64,000 bases of DNA from Candidatus Eiseniibacteriota bacterium (lineage in GTDB: Bacteria > Eisenbacteria > RBG-16-71-46). The notes below the pieces were generated by a model, which saw nothing but the letters and a program-made list of their open reading frames with translations, was not told where the DNA came from and made no database searches. The translations under genes were made by a program, and so were the position numbers. Shown here in pieces: positions 18,990 to 29,634 of the stretch (the stretch's first letter is position 1; each line of letters starts with the position of its first letter). The stretch is from assembly GCA_044222065.1 (NCBI GenBank), contig JBGAOA010000017.1, positions 1 to 64,000 of the forward strand, read 5' to 3'.

Positions 18990-20377
18990 GGTCGCACCTC
19001 GGCGCGCTCGCGCGCTTCGGGGACGAGCGTCACGACCGTGCGGCGCCGCGCGTCGAAGAGCTGCGTCGCGACGCGGCGGCAGTCCTCGGCCGTCACCGCC
19101 CGCACGCGCGCGACGGCGCCGAACATCTGCGCGTAGTCGCCCGACAGGTGCTCGTAGCGGCCGAGCGTGGCGCCCGCGCCGTTGTTCGTCTTGAGCGCGC
19201 GCACGAAGTCGGCCTCGATCTGGTTCTTCGCCTTCTCGAGTTCGCGCGGCGTCGGGCCCGAGGCGGCGAGCGCGGCGAGCACGGAGTCCGCGGCCGCGAG
19301 CGCCTCGGCGGCGCGAACGTCCGGCTGCAGCTCGAGGTACAGCTCGAACAGCCCGGGCTCGAGCCCGGGCTCGCAGTACGCCTCGGCGCCGAGCGCGAGC
19401 GGGCGGTCGTAGACGAGCGCGCGATGGAGCCGCGACGACTCGCCGTCGGCGAGCACGCGCGCGAGCACGCGGGCGGCCGGCGCGTCGGCGCTCTTCACGT
19501 CGGTCGCCTTGTAGCCCACGTCGACGCTCACGTTCTCGGACGGATACCGCACCTCGACGCGGCGCTCGCCGTTCTGCTCCGGCTCGGCGTTCGCGGGCGG
19601 AGCGGCCGGCGCCTGCGAGGGGATGCTCCCGAACGCGCGCTCGATCGACGCGAGCGCCGCCTTCGGTTCGAAGTCGCCGGTGAGGACGAGGATGCAGTTG
19701 TTCGGCGCGTAGTAGGTGCGGAAGTACTCGACGCAGTCCTCGCGCCGGATGCGCTCGAGGTCGCCCATCCAGCCGACGATCGGCCACTGGTAGGGCGATG
19801 CGACGAAGGCGTTCGAGTACAGCGCCTCGTCCAGCATGCCCGGGATGCTGTTGTCGGTGCGCATGCGCCGCTCTTCCTTCACGACCTCGATCTCGCTCTT
19901 CAGCTGGTCGGGCAGCAGCGACAGCGATGCCATGCGGTCGGCGTCGAGGAACAGCAGCGTGTCGAGCCGGTCCGACGAGCAGTTCTCGTAGTAGGCCGTC
20001 ATGTCGCGCGACGTGAACGCGTTCGAGAACCCGCCGTTCGACTCGAGGATGCGGTCGTACTCCTTGGGCGGGACGTTCTTCGAACCGTTGAACATCATGT
20101 GCTCGAAGAAGTGCGAGAGCCCCGTGATGCCCGGGCGTTCGTTGCGCGAGCCGACCTTGTACCACTGCCACAGCGTGATCGAGGGCACGCTGTGGTCCTC
20201 GTGCAGCAGCACCGTGAGTCCGTTCGCGAGCACGTGGCGCTCGACGCGGAACGTCGCGGGCGTGAGCGCCGCCGCGGGCGCCACCGCGGCGGCCGGCGCG
20301 GGCTTGCGCTTCGCGGCGTGGCCCGGAACGGCGACGATCAGCAGCGCGAGCGCCGGGACGAGAGCGAGCTTCGACAT
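18986..20377 (-). CDS. M16 zinc peptidase, catalytic subunit
   Basis: HFFEH inverted zinc motif, NAFTS.D.T.Y, EVVKEERR; signal peptide. Confidence 0.92.
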   Translation of the reverse strand: MSKLALVPALALLIVAVPGHAAKRKPAPAAAVAPAAALTPATFRVERHVLANGLTVLLHEDHSVPSITLWQWYKVGSRNERPGITGLSHFFEHMMFNGSKNVPPKEYDRILESNGGFSNAFTSRDMTAYYENCSSDRLDTLLFLDADRMASLSLLPDQLKSEIEVVKEERRMRTDNSIPGMLDEALYSNAFVASPYQWPIVGWMGDLERIRREDCVEYFRTYYAPNNCILVLTGDFEPKAALASIERAFGSIPSQAPAAPPANAEPEQNGERRVEVRYPSENVSVDVGYKATDVKSADAPAARVLARVLADGESSRLHRALVYDRPLALGAEAYCEPGLEPGLFELYLELQPDVRAAEALAAADSVLAALAASGPTPRELEKAKNQIEADFVRALKTNNGAGATLGRYEHLSGDYAQMFGAVARVRAVTAEDCRRVATQLFDARRRTVVTLVPEARERAEVRP

Positions 20378-20509
20378 GGCGGGTCTCCGGGACGGAAGTC
20401 GGAAAGAGGTGGCGCAGTCTAGGCAGGCCTCAGGCCCTCGGCCAATCCCCCGGGACGTGCGCGGCCGAACGCCGCACGAGGCGCGCGCGATGACGCCGCC
20501 TCCCGGGCG

Positions 20510-20550
20510 TCAAACGGTCGTTTGAAACGGATGTTCGAAGCGCCTAAGGT
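20510..20550 (+). promoter_or_regulatory. PsrA-type TetR operator overlapping a sigma70 promoter
   Basis: Perfect palindrome TCAAACG-GT-CGTTTGA (20510-20525) plus imperfect GAAAC-GGAT-GTTCG; TTGAAA (20522-27)-N17-TAAGGT (20545-50). Confidence 0.75.
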
Positions 20551-20556
20551 GCCGCC

Positions 20557-21225
20557 GTGAGCACGGCCACCGCCTCCTCCGCTCCGACCCGCGAGCGCAT
20601 CCTCGATGCCGCCGAGCGTCTGTTCGCCCAGCACGGCTTCACGGGCACGTCGCTGCGCCGCATCGTGAGCGAGGCCGAGGTGAACCTCGCCGCGGTGAAT
20701 TACCATTTCGGCTCCAAGGAGGCGCTGCTGCGCGCGGTCGTCGCGCGGCTCGTCGAGCCGACGAACGCGGCCCGTCTCGCGCGGCTCGACGCGGTCGAAG
20801 CCGCCGCGGGCGTCGCGCCGGCGCTCGAAGCCGTGCTCGATGCGTTCATCGCGCCGGTCGTCCGGCGCGCGCACGAGCTCGGTCCGCGCGCGGGCATCCT
20901 CGGCATCCTGTTCGGCCGCTCGGGCCACGACTCCCCCGGCGTCGTTCGCGGCATCCTGCGCGAGCAGTTCCAGGTCGTTCGCGACCGCTTCCTCGACGCG
21001 CTCGAACGCGCGCTGCCCGGGGAGCCGAGGGAGCACCTGGCGTGGAAGCTCCACGCGACGATCGGCGCGATGTCGTTCTGCGCGACGAATCCCGGCACCA
21101 ACGCCCTGCTGCCCCCGCTCTTCGACCCCGACGACCACGACCGCTCGATCGAGCGCCTCGTATCGTTCGCCGTTTCCGGATTTCGCGCGCCGTTCGCGGC
21201 GCCCGCCGTGGAGGGCCGTCCATGA
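20557..21225 (+). CDS. TetR-family regulator, PsrA-like
   Basis: TRERILDAAERLFA..G...TSLR.I...A.VNLAAVNYHFGSKE; PsrA-type C-terminus. Confidence 0.9.
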   Translation: MSTATASSAPTRERILDAAERLFAQHGFTGTSLRRIVSEAEVNLAAVNYHFGSKEALLRAVVARLVEPTNAARLARLDAVEAAAGVAPALEAVLDAFIAPVVRRAHELGPRAGILGILFGRSGHDSPGVVRGILREQFQVVRDRFLDALERALPGEPREHLAWKLHATIGAMSFCATNPGTNALLPPLFDPDDHDRSIERLVSFAVSGFRAPFAAPAVEGRP

Positions 21226-22196
21226 TTCCCGCCTCACGCCGTCTCGGTTTCGCCGCCGCGCTCGCGCTGCTCGCGCTCGCCTCCTGCGGAGGGCGCGCCG
21301 GCGGCGTGCGCGGCAGCGGCACGATCGAGATGGACGAGGTGGACGTCGCGTCGATGATCGGCGGGCGCATCGTGTCGCTGCGCGTGGACGAGGGCGACTC
21401 CGTGCGCGCGGGCGACACGCTCGCGGTGCTCGACCGCGGCGAGATCGCCGCGGAGCTCGCGAATCAGGCGGCGCGCGCGCAGAGCGCGACGGCGCAGTAC
21501 CGCGACCTCGCCGCCGGCGCACGGCCGTCCGAGGTGCTCGCCGCGCGCGCCGAGCTCGCCGCGGCGGAGGCGGCGCGCGACCTCGCGGACGCGAACTTCC
21601 AGCGCGCCGAGCGGCTGCTCGCCTCGAACGCCATCTCGCAGGCGGACCACGACCGCGCGAAGAGCGAGCGCGATGCCGCGCGCGCGCGCGTGCGCGCGGC
21701 GCAGGAGAACCTGCGCCTGCGCGAGGAAGGCTACCGGCGCCAGCAGGTCGCGGCCGCGCGCGACGCGGCGGACGCCGCCGTCGCGCAGCTCGCGGGGGCG
21801 CGGAGCCGCGCGGGCGAACTCGTGCTCGTCGCGCCGATGAACGGCGTCGTGCTGCTGCGCAACTACGAACCCGGCGAGGTCGTGCCGGCCGGCGGCGCCG
21901 TGCTGTCGCTCGGCGATCCCTCGAAGCTGTGGATGCGCGTGTACGTCGACGCGCCCCGGCTCGGCGACGTGAAGCTCGGCGCACTCGCGCACGTCACGAC
22001 GGTCGGCGCGCGGAAGCGCGAGTTCCCGGGGCGCGTCGTCGAGATCGCGTCCAAGGCCGAGTTCACGCCGCGCGCCGCGCTCACCGAAGAGGAGCAGGCG
22101 AACCTCGTGTTCGGCGTGAAGATCGCGCTCGATCCCGGCGACGGCACGCTCAAGGCCGGCCTGCCCGCGTCGGCGCGCATCGAGGCGGCGAAATGA
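21222..22196 (+). CDS. HlyD-family efflux periplasmic adaptor (lipoprotein)
   Basis: LASC lipobox, V.EGD.V.AG lipoyl halves, coiled coil, AEFTP motif. Confidence 0.9.
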   Translation: MIPASRRLGFAAALALLALASCGGRAGGVRGSGTIEMDEVDVASMIGGRIVSLRVDEGDSVRAGDTLAVLDRGEIAAELANQAARAQSATAQYRDLAAGARPSEVLAARAELAAAEAARDLADANFQRAERLLASNAISQADHDRAKSERDAARARVRAAQENLRLREEGYRRQQVAAARDAADAAVAQLAGARSRAGELVLVAPMNGVVLLRNYEPGEVVPAGGAVLSLGDPSKLWMRVYVDAPRLGDVKLGALAHVTTVGARKREFPGRVVEIASKAEFTPRAALTEEEQANLVFGVKIALDPGDGTLKAGLPASARIEAAK

Positions 22197-22972
22197 ACGA
22201 GGACGCGCGCTCCGCGGCGGCCCCGCCCGACGGGCCTCCCGGCGAGGACGTTCCGATCCGCGTCTCGCGCCTCGTGCGGCGCTTCGGCGAACTCGTCGCG
22301 GTCGCCGACGTGAGCTTCGACATCCGGCGCGGCGAGATCTTCGGCCTGCTCGGCCCGAACGGCTCGGGCAAGACGACGACGATCCGCATGCTGTGCGGCC
22401 TGCTCGCGCCCACCTCGGGCGCGGCGTGGGTCGCGGGCACCGACGTCGTCGCCGACCCGGACCGCGTGAAGGCGCGCATCGGCTACATGTCGCAGGCGTT
22501 CGGGCTCTATCGCGACCTCACGGTCGAGGAGAACCTGCGCTTCTACGCCGGCGTGTACGACGTCGCCGACGACGAGCGCGAGCGCATCGACTGGGCGCTC
22601 GCCGCGATGCGGATCGAGCACGCGCGCCGCCAGCTCACGGGCACGCTTTCGGGCGGCCAGAAGCAGCGCCTCGCGCTCGGCTGCGCGATCCTGCACCGGC
22701 CGCCCGTCGTGTTCCTGGACGAGCCGACGGCGGGCGTGGACCCCGCCGCGCGCCGGACGTTCTGGGAGATCATCCGCGGGCTCTCGCACGAGGGACAGAC
22801 GATGGTCGTCACGACCCACTACATGGACGAGGCCGAGCGCTTTGACCGGCTCGCGATGATGTCGCGCGGCCACCTCACGGCGATCGGCACGCCCGGCGAG
22901 GTGCGCAACGCGTTCGGCGGCGTCGCGAGCCTCGAGGACGTGTTCGTGCAGCTCCAGGAGCGCGAGTCGTGA
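22193..22972 (+). CDS. ABC transporter ATP-binding protein
   Basis: GPNGSGKTT, LSGGQ, FLDEPT, TTHYMDEA. Confidence 0.93.
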   Translation: MNEDARSAAAPPDGPPGEDVPIRVSRLVRRFGELVAVADVSFDIRRGEIFGLLGPNGSGKTTTIRMLCGLLAPTSGAAWVAGTDVVADPDRVKARIGYMSQAFGLYRDLTVEENLRFYAGVYDVADDERERIDWALAAMRIEHARRQLTGTLSGGQKQRLALGCAILHRPPVVFLDEPTAGVDPAARRTFWEIIRGLSHEGQTMVVTTHYMDEAERFDRLAMMSRGHLTAIGTPGEVRNAFGGVASLEDVFVQLQERES

Positions 22973-24090
22973 TCCCGCGCCGCCTGCGCGCGATGTTCTG
23001 GAAGGAGTTCATCCAGATGCGCCGCGACCGGGCCACGCTGCGGCTCATGCTGTTCGTGCCGGTGATGCAGCTCGTGCTGTTCGGCTACGCGATCCGCACC
23101 GACGTCCGCAACCTGCCGACGGTCGTGTTCGACGCGAGCCGCTCGGCGCAGAGCCGCGCGCTGCTGGACCGCCTCGTCGCGACCGACAACTTCCGCATCC
23201 GCGCCCACGTCGCGTCGTACGCCGACGCCGTGCGCGCGATCGACGCCGGTCGCGCGAAGGCCGCCATCGTGATTCCGCCCGACTACGCGCGGCGTCTGAA
23301 GCGCGCGGCCGGCGCGCAGGTGCAGGTGCTCGTGGACGCGACGGACCCGACGTCTTCGGGCAGCGCGATCGCGGCCGCCCAGCTCGTCGGACAACGCGAG
23401 AACCTGGCGGTGCTCGAGCGCCGCGCCGGCGGCGCCTCGATCGTCGCGCCGGTGGACGTGCGCGTGCGGCCGCTCTACAACCCGGCGCTCCGCAACGCGC
23501 TGTTCATGGTGCCGGGCATCATCGGCGCCCTGCTCTCGAACATGCTGATCATCACGACCGCGATCGCCGTCGTGCGCGAACGCGAGACCGGCACGCTCGA
23601 GCAATTGATCGTCACGCCGCTCACCCGCAGCGAAATCATGCTCGGCAAGATCGCGCCCTACGTGCTCGTCGGCTACGTCCAGATGACCACCGTGCTCATC
23701 GTCGGCTCGCTGCTCTTCCACGTGCCGATCCGCGGCAGCCTCGCGCTCATCTATGCGGTATCGCTGCTGTTCATCACCGCGAACCTCGGGATCGGGCTGT
23801 TCTTCTCGACGGTCGCGCGCACGCAGGCGGCCGCGATGCAGGCCTCGTTCGTCGTGCTGATGCCGAACATCCTCCTCTCGGGCTTCATGTTCCCGCGCGA
23901 GGCCATGCCGGCGTTCGCCTCGGCGATCGGTTTCGGCATTCCGCTCACGTACTACCTGCAGTTCCTGCGCGGCGTCGTGTTGAAGGGCGTCGGCCTCGCG
24001 GAACTGTGGCCGCAGTCGCTCGCGCTCGTGGCCTTCGCCGCGCTGTTCTTCACGCTGAGCGTGCGGCGCTTCCACAAGCAGCTCGACTGA
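22969..24090 (+). CDS. ABC-2 type permease (YbhS/YbhR-like)
   Basis: KEFIQMRRD, VRERETGTLEQL..TP, LSGFMFP. Confidence 0.92.
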   Translation: MIPRRLRAMFWKEFIQMRRDRATLRLMLFVPVMQLVLFGYAIRTDVRNLPTVVFDASRSAQSRALLDRLVATDNFRIRAHVASYADAVRAIDAGRAKAAIVIPPDYARRLKRAAGAQVQVLVDATDPTSSGSAIAAAQLVGQRENLAVLERRAGGASIVAPVDVRVRPLYNPALRNALFMVPGIIGALLSNMLIITTAIAVVRERETGTLEQLIVTPLTRSEIMLGKIAPYVLVGYVQMTTVLIVGSLLFHVPIRGSLALIYAVSLLFITANLGIGLFFSTVARTQAAAMQASFVVLMPNILLSGFMFPREAMPAFASAIGFGIPLTYYLQFLRGVVLKGVGLAELWPQSLALVAFAALFFTLSVRRFHKQLD

Positions 24091-24117
24091 TCCGGGCGCG
24101 TTTGCGAGGCTGGCGCC

Positions 24118-24459
24118 ATGGCGCTTCCCGAACACCTTGCGCGGCTCGCCCGCGACTGCGACATCACCGCGTTCCGCTCGTCCGGCCCCGGCGGCCAGAA
24201 GAAGAACAAGACCGAGTCGAGCGTGCGCGTCGTCCACCGCCCGACCGGCATCACACGCATCGCGACGCGCGGGCGCTCGCAGACGCACAACAAGGAGGAG
24301 GCGCTCGAGCGGCTGTGGCGCGAGCTGCAGCGCCGGGCTCGGCGGCCGAAGGCGCGGGTCGCGACCGCGCCGACGCGCGCGAGCGTCGAGCGCCGGCTCG
24401 CCGAGAAGCGCCGCGCCGCCCGCGTGAAGCGCGAGCGGCGCGCGGACGACGGCGAATAG
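24118..24459 (+). CDS. ArfB-like ribosome-rescue peptidyl-tRNA hydrolase (class I RF GGQ domain)
   Basis: RSSGPGGQKKNKTESSVR..H.PTGI, RSQ..NK, basic tail PK.RVAT.PTRAS.ERRLAEKRR. Confidence 0.82.
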   Translation: MALPEHLARLARDCDITAFRSSGPGGQKKNKTESSVRVVHRPTGITRIATRGRSQTHNKEEALERLWRELQRRARRPKARVATAPTRASVERRLAEKRRAARVKRERRADDGE

Positions 24460-24466
24460 CGGCGCT

Positions 24467-25189
24467 TCAGCTGCGCCCGAAATCCTCGCCCGAGACGTCC
24501 TCGTCGGCGTGGTGCTTGATGATTCGCGCCTCGGCGATGAACACGACCTCCTCGGCGACGTTCGTCGCGAGGTCGGCGACGCGCTCGAGGTTGCGGGCGA
24601 CGAGGATCAGTTCCATCGCGCGCGAGATCGTGGCCGGGTCTTCCATCATGTAGCTCAGCAGCTCGCGGAAGACCTGGCGGTTGAGCTGGTCCACTTCGTC
24701 GTCGCGGCGCACGAGCCGGCGCGCGGTCGCGGCGTCACGGTGGACGAACGCGTCGAGCGCCTCGTGCAGCATCGCGATCGCGAGGTCGGACATCCGCGGG
24801 ATGTCCACGAGCGGCTTGAGCGGCGGCCACGCGTTGAGCCGCAGTGCGCCGCCCGCGATGTTGACGGCGTGGTCGCCGATCCGTTCGAGGTCGTTCGAGA
24901 TCTTGAGCGCCGAAGTGATGAAGCGCAGGTCGCTCGCGAGCGGCTGCTGGAGCGCGAGCAGGCGCACGCAGCGCTCCTCGATCTCGATCTCGAGCCGGTC
25001 GAGCTGCTTGTCGTCCGCGAGGACGTCGTTCGCGAGCGTGGCGTCGCGGCGCGCGAGCGCCTCGACCGACTTGCGAATGATGGTCTCGGCGCGGCCGCCC
25101 ATGAGCAGCAGCTGGTCCTTGAGCTTCTCGAACTCGCGCTCGAAATGACGCTCCATCGTGCGGGCTCCCGCGGCGGGCTCGGACGTCAT
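24467..25189 (-). CDS. phoU: Phosphate signalling protein PhoU
   Basis: [28 protein letters not shown]; alternative start at 25156. Confidence 0.95.
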   Translation of the reverse strand: MTSEPAAGARTMERHFEREFEKLKDQLLLMGGRAETIIRKSVEALARRDATLANDVLADDKQLDRLEIEIEERCVRLLALQQPLASDLRFITSALKISNDLERIGDHAVNIAGGALRLNAWPPLKPLVDIPRMSDLAIAMLHEALDAFVHRDAATARRLVRRDDEVDQLNRQVFRELLSYMMEDPATISRAMELILVARNLERVADLATNVAEEVVFIAEARIIKHHADEDVSGEDFGRS

Positions 25190-26019
25190 CCGAACCGGCC
25201 CGTGATGTAGTCCTCGGTCACCTTCTTCGCCGGACTCGTGAACAACCGGCGCGTCGCATCGTACTCGACCAGCTCGCCGCTGAGCATGAACGCCGTGCGG
25301 TCCGAGATGCGCGCCGCCTGCTGCATGTTGTGCGTCACGACCACGATCGTGTAGCGCCGCTTGAGCTCGATGACGAGCTCCTCGATGCGCGCCGTGGCCG
25401 TGGGGTCGAGCGCGGAGGCGGGCTCGTCCATGAGCAGCACCTCGGGCTCGACCGCGAGCGCCCGCGCGATGCACAGGCGCTGCTGCTGGCCGCCCGAGAG
25501 CTGAAGCGCCGAGCGGTTGAGCCGCTCGCGCACCTCCTCCCACAGCGCCGCCTGCCGCAGCGCGTGCTCGACGCGCGCCGCGATCTCGCCGCGATCGCGC
25601 AGCCCGAGCATTCGCAGCCCGAACGCGACGTTCTCGGTGATGGACTTCGGGAACGGGTTCGGCCGCTGGAACACCATGCCGACGCGGCGCCGCAGCTCCA
25701 CGACGTCGGTCGAAGGCGCGAGCACCGCGAGGTCGCCGACGGCGATCGCGCCCTCGGTGCGCACGCCGGGGATGAGGTCGTTCATGCGGTTGAACGAGCG
25801 CAGCAGCGTGCTCTTGCCGCACCCCGAGGGCCCGATGATCGCGGTGACGCTGCGTTCCGGGATCTCGAGCGACACCGACTTGAGCGCCGGATGCGCGCCG
25901 TAGAACAGGCTGTAGTCGCGCGCGACGAGATGCGGCTTCGGCGCGGGCGGGCGCTCGCCGGTCTCGGGGCGCGCCTCGGGGCGGACGGCGTCGGTCATCT
26001 CGGGAATCTCCACGGTCAC
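25186..26019 (-). CDS. pstB: Phosphate ABC transporter ATPase
   Basis: [39 protein letters not shown]. Confidence 0.97.
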   Translation of the reverse strand: MTVEIPEMTDAVRPEARPETGERPPAPKPHLVARDYSLFYGAHPALKSVSLEIPERSVTAIIGPSGCGKSTLLRSFNRMNDLIPGVRTEGAIAVGDLAVLAPSTDVVELRRRVGMVFQRPNPFPKSITENVAFGLRMLGLRDRGEIAARVEHALRQAALWEEVRERLNRSALQLSGGQQQRLCIARALAVEPEVLLMDEPASALDPTATARIEELVIELKRRYTIVVVTHNMQQAARISDRTAFMLSGELVEYDATRRLFTSPAKKVTEDYITGRFG

Positions 26020-26020
26020 G

Positions 26021-26968
26021 TCAGCTCCTCCCTGAGAGCGCCGCGCGCAGGCGGGCGCGCAGCAGGATCGCGATCAGGTTGAGCGCGAAGGTGAGCAGGA
26101 GGAGCACGAGCACCGTGCCGTAGAGCAGCGGCCGCGTGGCGTCCACGTCGGGCGACTGCGTCGCGAGCACGAACACATGATAGCCGAGCTCCATGAACTG
26201 ATCGGTCGGCGACTGCGGCAGGTACGGCAGGAAGTACGCGGCGCCGGTGAAGAGGATCGGCGCGACCTCTCCCGCGCCGCGCGAGACGGACAGGATTGCG
26301 CCGGTGAGGATGCCCGGGAGGGCCTGCGGCAGCAGCACGTGCCACACCGTCTGCCAGCGCGTCGCGCCGAGCGCGAGCGACGCCTCGCGCATCTCGCGCG
26401 GGACGCCGCGCAGCGCCTCTTCGGTCGTCACGATCACGACCGGAAGGTTGAGCAGCGCGAGCGTGAGCGCGGCCCACACGAGCGCCGGCTGCCCCCACCA
26501 GACGTCGGCGCCGAGGGCGCGGTCGAGGCCGCGGCCGACGAACTGCACGAAGAAGCCGAGCCCGAAGAGCCCGAAGACGATGCTCGGCACGCCGGCGAGG
26601 TTGTGGATCGAGAAGCGCACGAGCCGCGTGAACGCCGAGGCGGGATCCGCGTACTCGTGCAGGTAGATCGCCGCGCCGACGCCGAACGGCACGAGCGCCA
26701 CGATCATCAGCAGGACGAGCGCGAGCGTGCCGAAGATCGCAGGGAAGATGCCGCCGGCCGTCATGCCTTCGCGCGGCGCGGCCGAGAGGAACTCCCACGT
26801 CAGCGTGCCGGCGCCGAACCAGGCGATGTTCCCGACGATCACGGCGACCATCACGACGATGAGCAGCGCCGCGAGGCCCGAGAGCGCCGTGAAGCCGGCG
26901 CCCGGGACGTCGAACGCGCGGCGCGCGCGCGGGGGCGCGAGCGCGGTCGGGAGCGGTGTCGCGCTCAT
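26021..26968 (-). CDS. pstA: Phosphate ABC permease
   Basis: [41 protein letters not shown]. Confidence 0.95.
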   Translation of the reverse strand: MSATPLPTALAPPRARRAFDVPGAGFTALSGLAALLIVVMVAVIVGNIAWFGAGTLTWEFLSAAPREGMTAGGIFPAIFGTLALVLLMIVALVPFGVGAAIYLHEYADPASAFTRLVRFSIHNLAGVPSIVFGLFGLGFFVQFVGRGLDRALGADVWWGQPALVWAALTLALLNLPVVIVTTEEALRGVPREMREASLALGATRWQTVWHVLLPQALPGILTGAILSVSRGAGEVAPILFTGAAYFLPYLPQSPTDQFMELGYHVFVLATQSPDVDATRPLLYGTVLVLLLLTFALNLIAILLRARLRAALSGRS

Positions 26969-27921
26969 GCGCCCGCGAGCCTCTTCCGCAGCCGCTCGAC
27001 GAGCGCCGCCGCCACGACGTTGATGAGGAACGTCGTCGTGAACAGGATCGCCCCGAGCAGGAACAGCACGGAGTAGTGCCCGCTGCCGAACACGACTTCG
27101 GCGAGTTCGGCCGCGATGCTCGCGGACAGCGTGCGCACGGAGTCGAGCACGCTCGGCGACGTGATCGCGGCGTTGCCCGAGGCCATGAGCACGATCATCG
27201 TCTCGCCGACGGCGCGCGCGAGGCCGAGCAGCACGCCGGCCGCGACGCCGGCGGACGCGGCGGGCAGCGTGACGTGCCATGCGGTCTGCCACGGGCTCGC
27301 GCCGAGCGCGAGCGACGCCTCGCGGTAGGAGCGCGGCACGGCGCGCAGCGCGTCCTCGCACACGGTGAAGATCGTCGGCACGATTCCGAGCGCGAGCGCG
27401 ATGCCGGCCGTGAGCGCGTTGAGCCGCGAAACGGCGCCCGTGACGGCCTGCACCCAGGACGCGAGCACGATGAGCGCGAAGAACCCGAGCACGACGGAAG
27501 GCACGCCGGCGAGGATCTCGATCGCGGGCTTGAGCGCCTCGCGCAGCCGGGGCGAGGCGAACTCCGAGGCGAACACCGCGGCAAGGACGCCGAGCGGCAC
27601 GGCGAACGCCATCGCGACGACGACGACCTTGAGCGTGCCGACGAGCAGCGGCGCGAGGCCGAACTTGGGCACGCCGCCGACCGGCTGCCACAGGGGCTCC
27701 ACGAAGAAGCCGGCGAGGCCGACCTCGGATCGCACGGCTCGATCGAACAGCAGCGGGCTCGCTTCCCGGAACACGAACACCGCGATGAGCAGCAGCCCTG
27801 CGACCGCGGAGAACGCGCACAACCGCAGCACGACGCCGATGAACGCCTCGCCGAGGCGGCGCGCGCCGCGCCGCGGCAGCGCGGTGCCGCGATCGGAGCC
27901 GATGCCCGAAGGCGCCTTCAT
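26965..27921 (-). CDS. pstC: Phosphate ABC permease
   Basis: [29 protein letters not shown]. Confidence 0.95.
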   Translation of the reverse strand: MKAPSGIGSDRGTALPRRGARRLGEAFIGVVLRLCAFSAVAGLLLIAVFVFREASPLLFDRAVRSEVGLAGFFVEPLWQPVGGVPKFGLAPLLVGTLKVVVVAMAFAVPLGVLAAVFASEFASPRLREALKPAIEILAGVPSVVLGFFALIVLASWVQAVTGAVSRLNALTAGIALALGIVPTIFTVCEDALRAVPRSYREASLALGASPWQTAWHVTLPAASAGVAAGVLLGLARAVGETMIVLMASGNAAITSPSVLDSVRTLSASIAAELAEVVFGSGHYSVLFLLGAILFTTTFLINVVAAALVERLRKRLAGA

Positions 27922-28760
27922 CGCACCGGGTAGTACCCGACCTCCTCGACGAGTTTCTGGCCCGCGTCGGACAGCGCGAAGTCCACGAACTCCTTCGCGA
28001 GGCCCACGGGGGCCGAGCGCGTGTAGAAGTACAGGGGTCGCGAGATCGGGTACTCGCCCGAGAGTACCGATTCGCGCGAGGGGCGGATCGCGGCGCCCGT
28101 CGAATCGCGTCGCACGGCGATCTCCTTCACGCCGGCGGCGTAGGCGGCGCCGCCGTACCCGATGCCGTTCGGCTCCTTCGCGACCGCGTTGACGACCGCG
28201 GCGGTGCCCGGGAGCGTCTGAACGGCCGCGGCGAAGTCGGTTCCTTCGAGCACGTGCTCCTTGAAGTACACGTAGGTGCCCGAGCTGTTCTCGCGCCCGT
28301 AGACGACGATCGGCGCGTCTGCTCCGCCGACCGCCTTCCAGTTCGTGATCGCGCCCGTGTAGATGCCCTTGAGCTGCGCGAACGACAGCTCGGCGACCGG
28401 GCACGCTTCGTTCGCGTAGATCGCGATGCCGTCGCGCGCGACGACGGTCTCGACCGGAGACTGGCCGAAGCGCTTCTCGAGCTGCGCGCGTTCCTCGTCC
28501 TTCATCGCGCGCGAGGCCTGGCAGATGTCCGTCGTGCCGTTGATGAGCGCCGCGATGCCCGTGCCCGAGCCGCCGCCCGTGACCTGCACGGCGCGCCCAG
28601 GGTGCGACGACATGAACGTCTCGGCCCAGCGCTGGCCGATGAGGATCATCGTGTCGGAGCCCTTGATCGTGAGCCCCTTCTCGCGCGGCGCGCCGCATCC
28701 GGCGAGCGCGACGAGGGCGAGCGCGGCGAGCGCGCGAACGACGGGGGACGGAGATCTCAT
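27918..28760 (-). CDS. pstS: Phosphate-binding protein, lipoprotein copy
   Basis: LAGC lipobox; IKGSDTM, GGGSGTG, RENSSGT, YPISRPL. Confidence 0.92.
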   Translation of the reverse strand: MRSPSPVVRALAALALVALAGCGAPREKGLTIKGSDTMILIGQRWAETFMSSHPGRAVQVTGGGSGTGIAALINGTTDICQASRAMKDEERAQLEKRFGQSPVETVVARDGIAIYANEACPVAELSFAQLKGIYTGAITNWKAVGGADAPIVVYGRENSSGTYVYFKEHVLEGTDFAAAVQTLPGTAAVVNAVAKEPNGIGYGGAAYAAGVKEIAVRRDSTGAAIRPSRESVLSGEYPISRPLYFYTRSAPVGLAKEFVDFALSDAGQKLVEEVGYYPVR

Positions 28761-28777
28761 GTGCTGTCCTCCTGCGG

Positions 28778-29626
28778 TCACTTCACCGGGAAGTAGCCGA
28801 CTTGAGTGACGATGCGCTGGCCTTCGGCCGAGAGCACCCAGTCCACGAACGCCTTGACGTCGCCGGCCGGGCGCTGGCGCGTGTAGAAGTAGAGTTCGCG
28901 CGTGATCGGATAGCTGCCGTCGCGCACCGTGGCCTCGCTCGGCGTGATCGCGGGCGCGCGCTCGTCGCGGCGCACCGGCAGTTCGCGCACGCCCTTCGCG
29001 TACGCGGCGCCGCCGTAGCCGATGCCGTTCGGGTCCTTCGACACCGCGTTCACGACCGCGGCCGTGCCGGGCAGCGTCTGCGCCGCGGCCGCGTAGTCGC
29101 GCCCCTGCAGCACGTGATCCTTGAAGTAGACGTACGTGCCGGAGCTGTTCTCGCGCGAGTACAGCACGATGCGCGCGTCGGGCCCGCCGAACGCCTTCCA
29201 GTTCGTCGCCTCGCCGGTGTAGATCGCACGCAGCTGCGCGAGCGACAGGTCCTTCACGGGATTCGACTCGTTCACGTAGATCGAGAGCCCGTCCCGCGCC
29301 ACCGCGATCTCGGTGCCCGTGGTCTGGAAGCGGTCGCGCAGCTTGAGCTTCTCGTCGTCCTTCATCGGGCGCGAGGACGCGCAGACGTCGGTCGTGCCGT
29401 TGATGAGCGCGGCGATGCCCGTGCCGGAGCCGCCGCCCGTCACCTGCACGACCGCGCCGGGATGGGAGGTCATGTAGAGCTCCGCCCAGCGCTGGCCGAG
29501 GATCACCATGGTGTCGGAGCCCTTGATCGTGATGCCGCGGCGGGCGGCGAGCGCGGGCGGAACGAGCGCGAGGGCGAGGACGGCGATCGCGGCCAGTACC
29601 CGGCGCGCGCGCGTGGCGAGGAACAC
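28778..29626 (-). CDS. pstS: Phosphate-binding protein, soluble copy
   Basis: GGAGG RBS, GTG start, ALA signal cleavage; same PstS motifs. Confidence 0.92.
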   Translation of the reverse strand: MFLATRARRVLAAIAVLALALVPPALAARRGITIKGSDTMVILGQRWAELYMTSHPGAVVQVTGGGSGTGIAALINGTTDVCASSRPMKDDEKLKLRDRFQTTGTEIAVARDGLSIYVNESNPVKDLSLAQLRAIYTGEATNWKAFGGPDARIVLYSRENSSGTYVYFKDHVLQGRDYAAAAQTLPGTAAVVNAVSKDPNGIGYGGAAYAKGVRELPVRRDERAPAITPSEATVRDGSYPITRELYFYTRQRPAGDVKAFVDWVLSAEGQRIVTQVGYFPVK

Positions 29627-29634
29627 GTGGCCTC

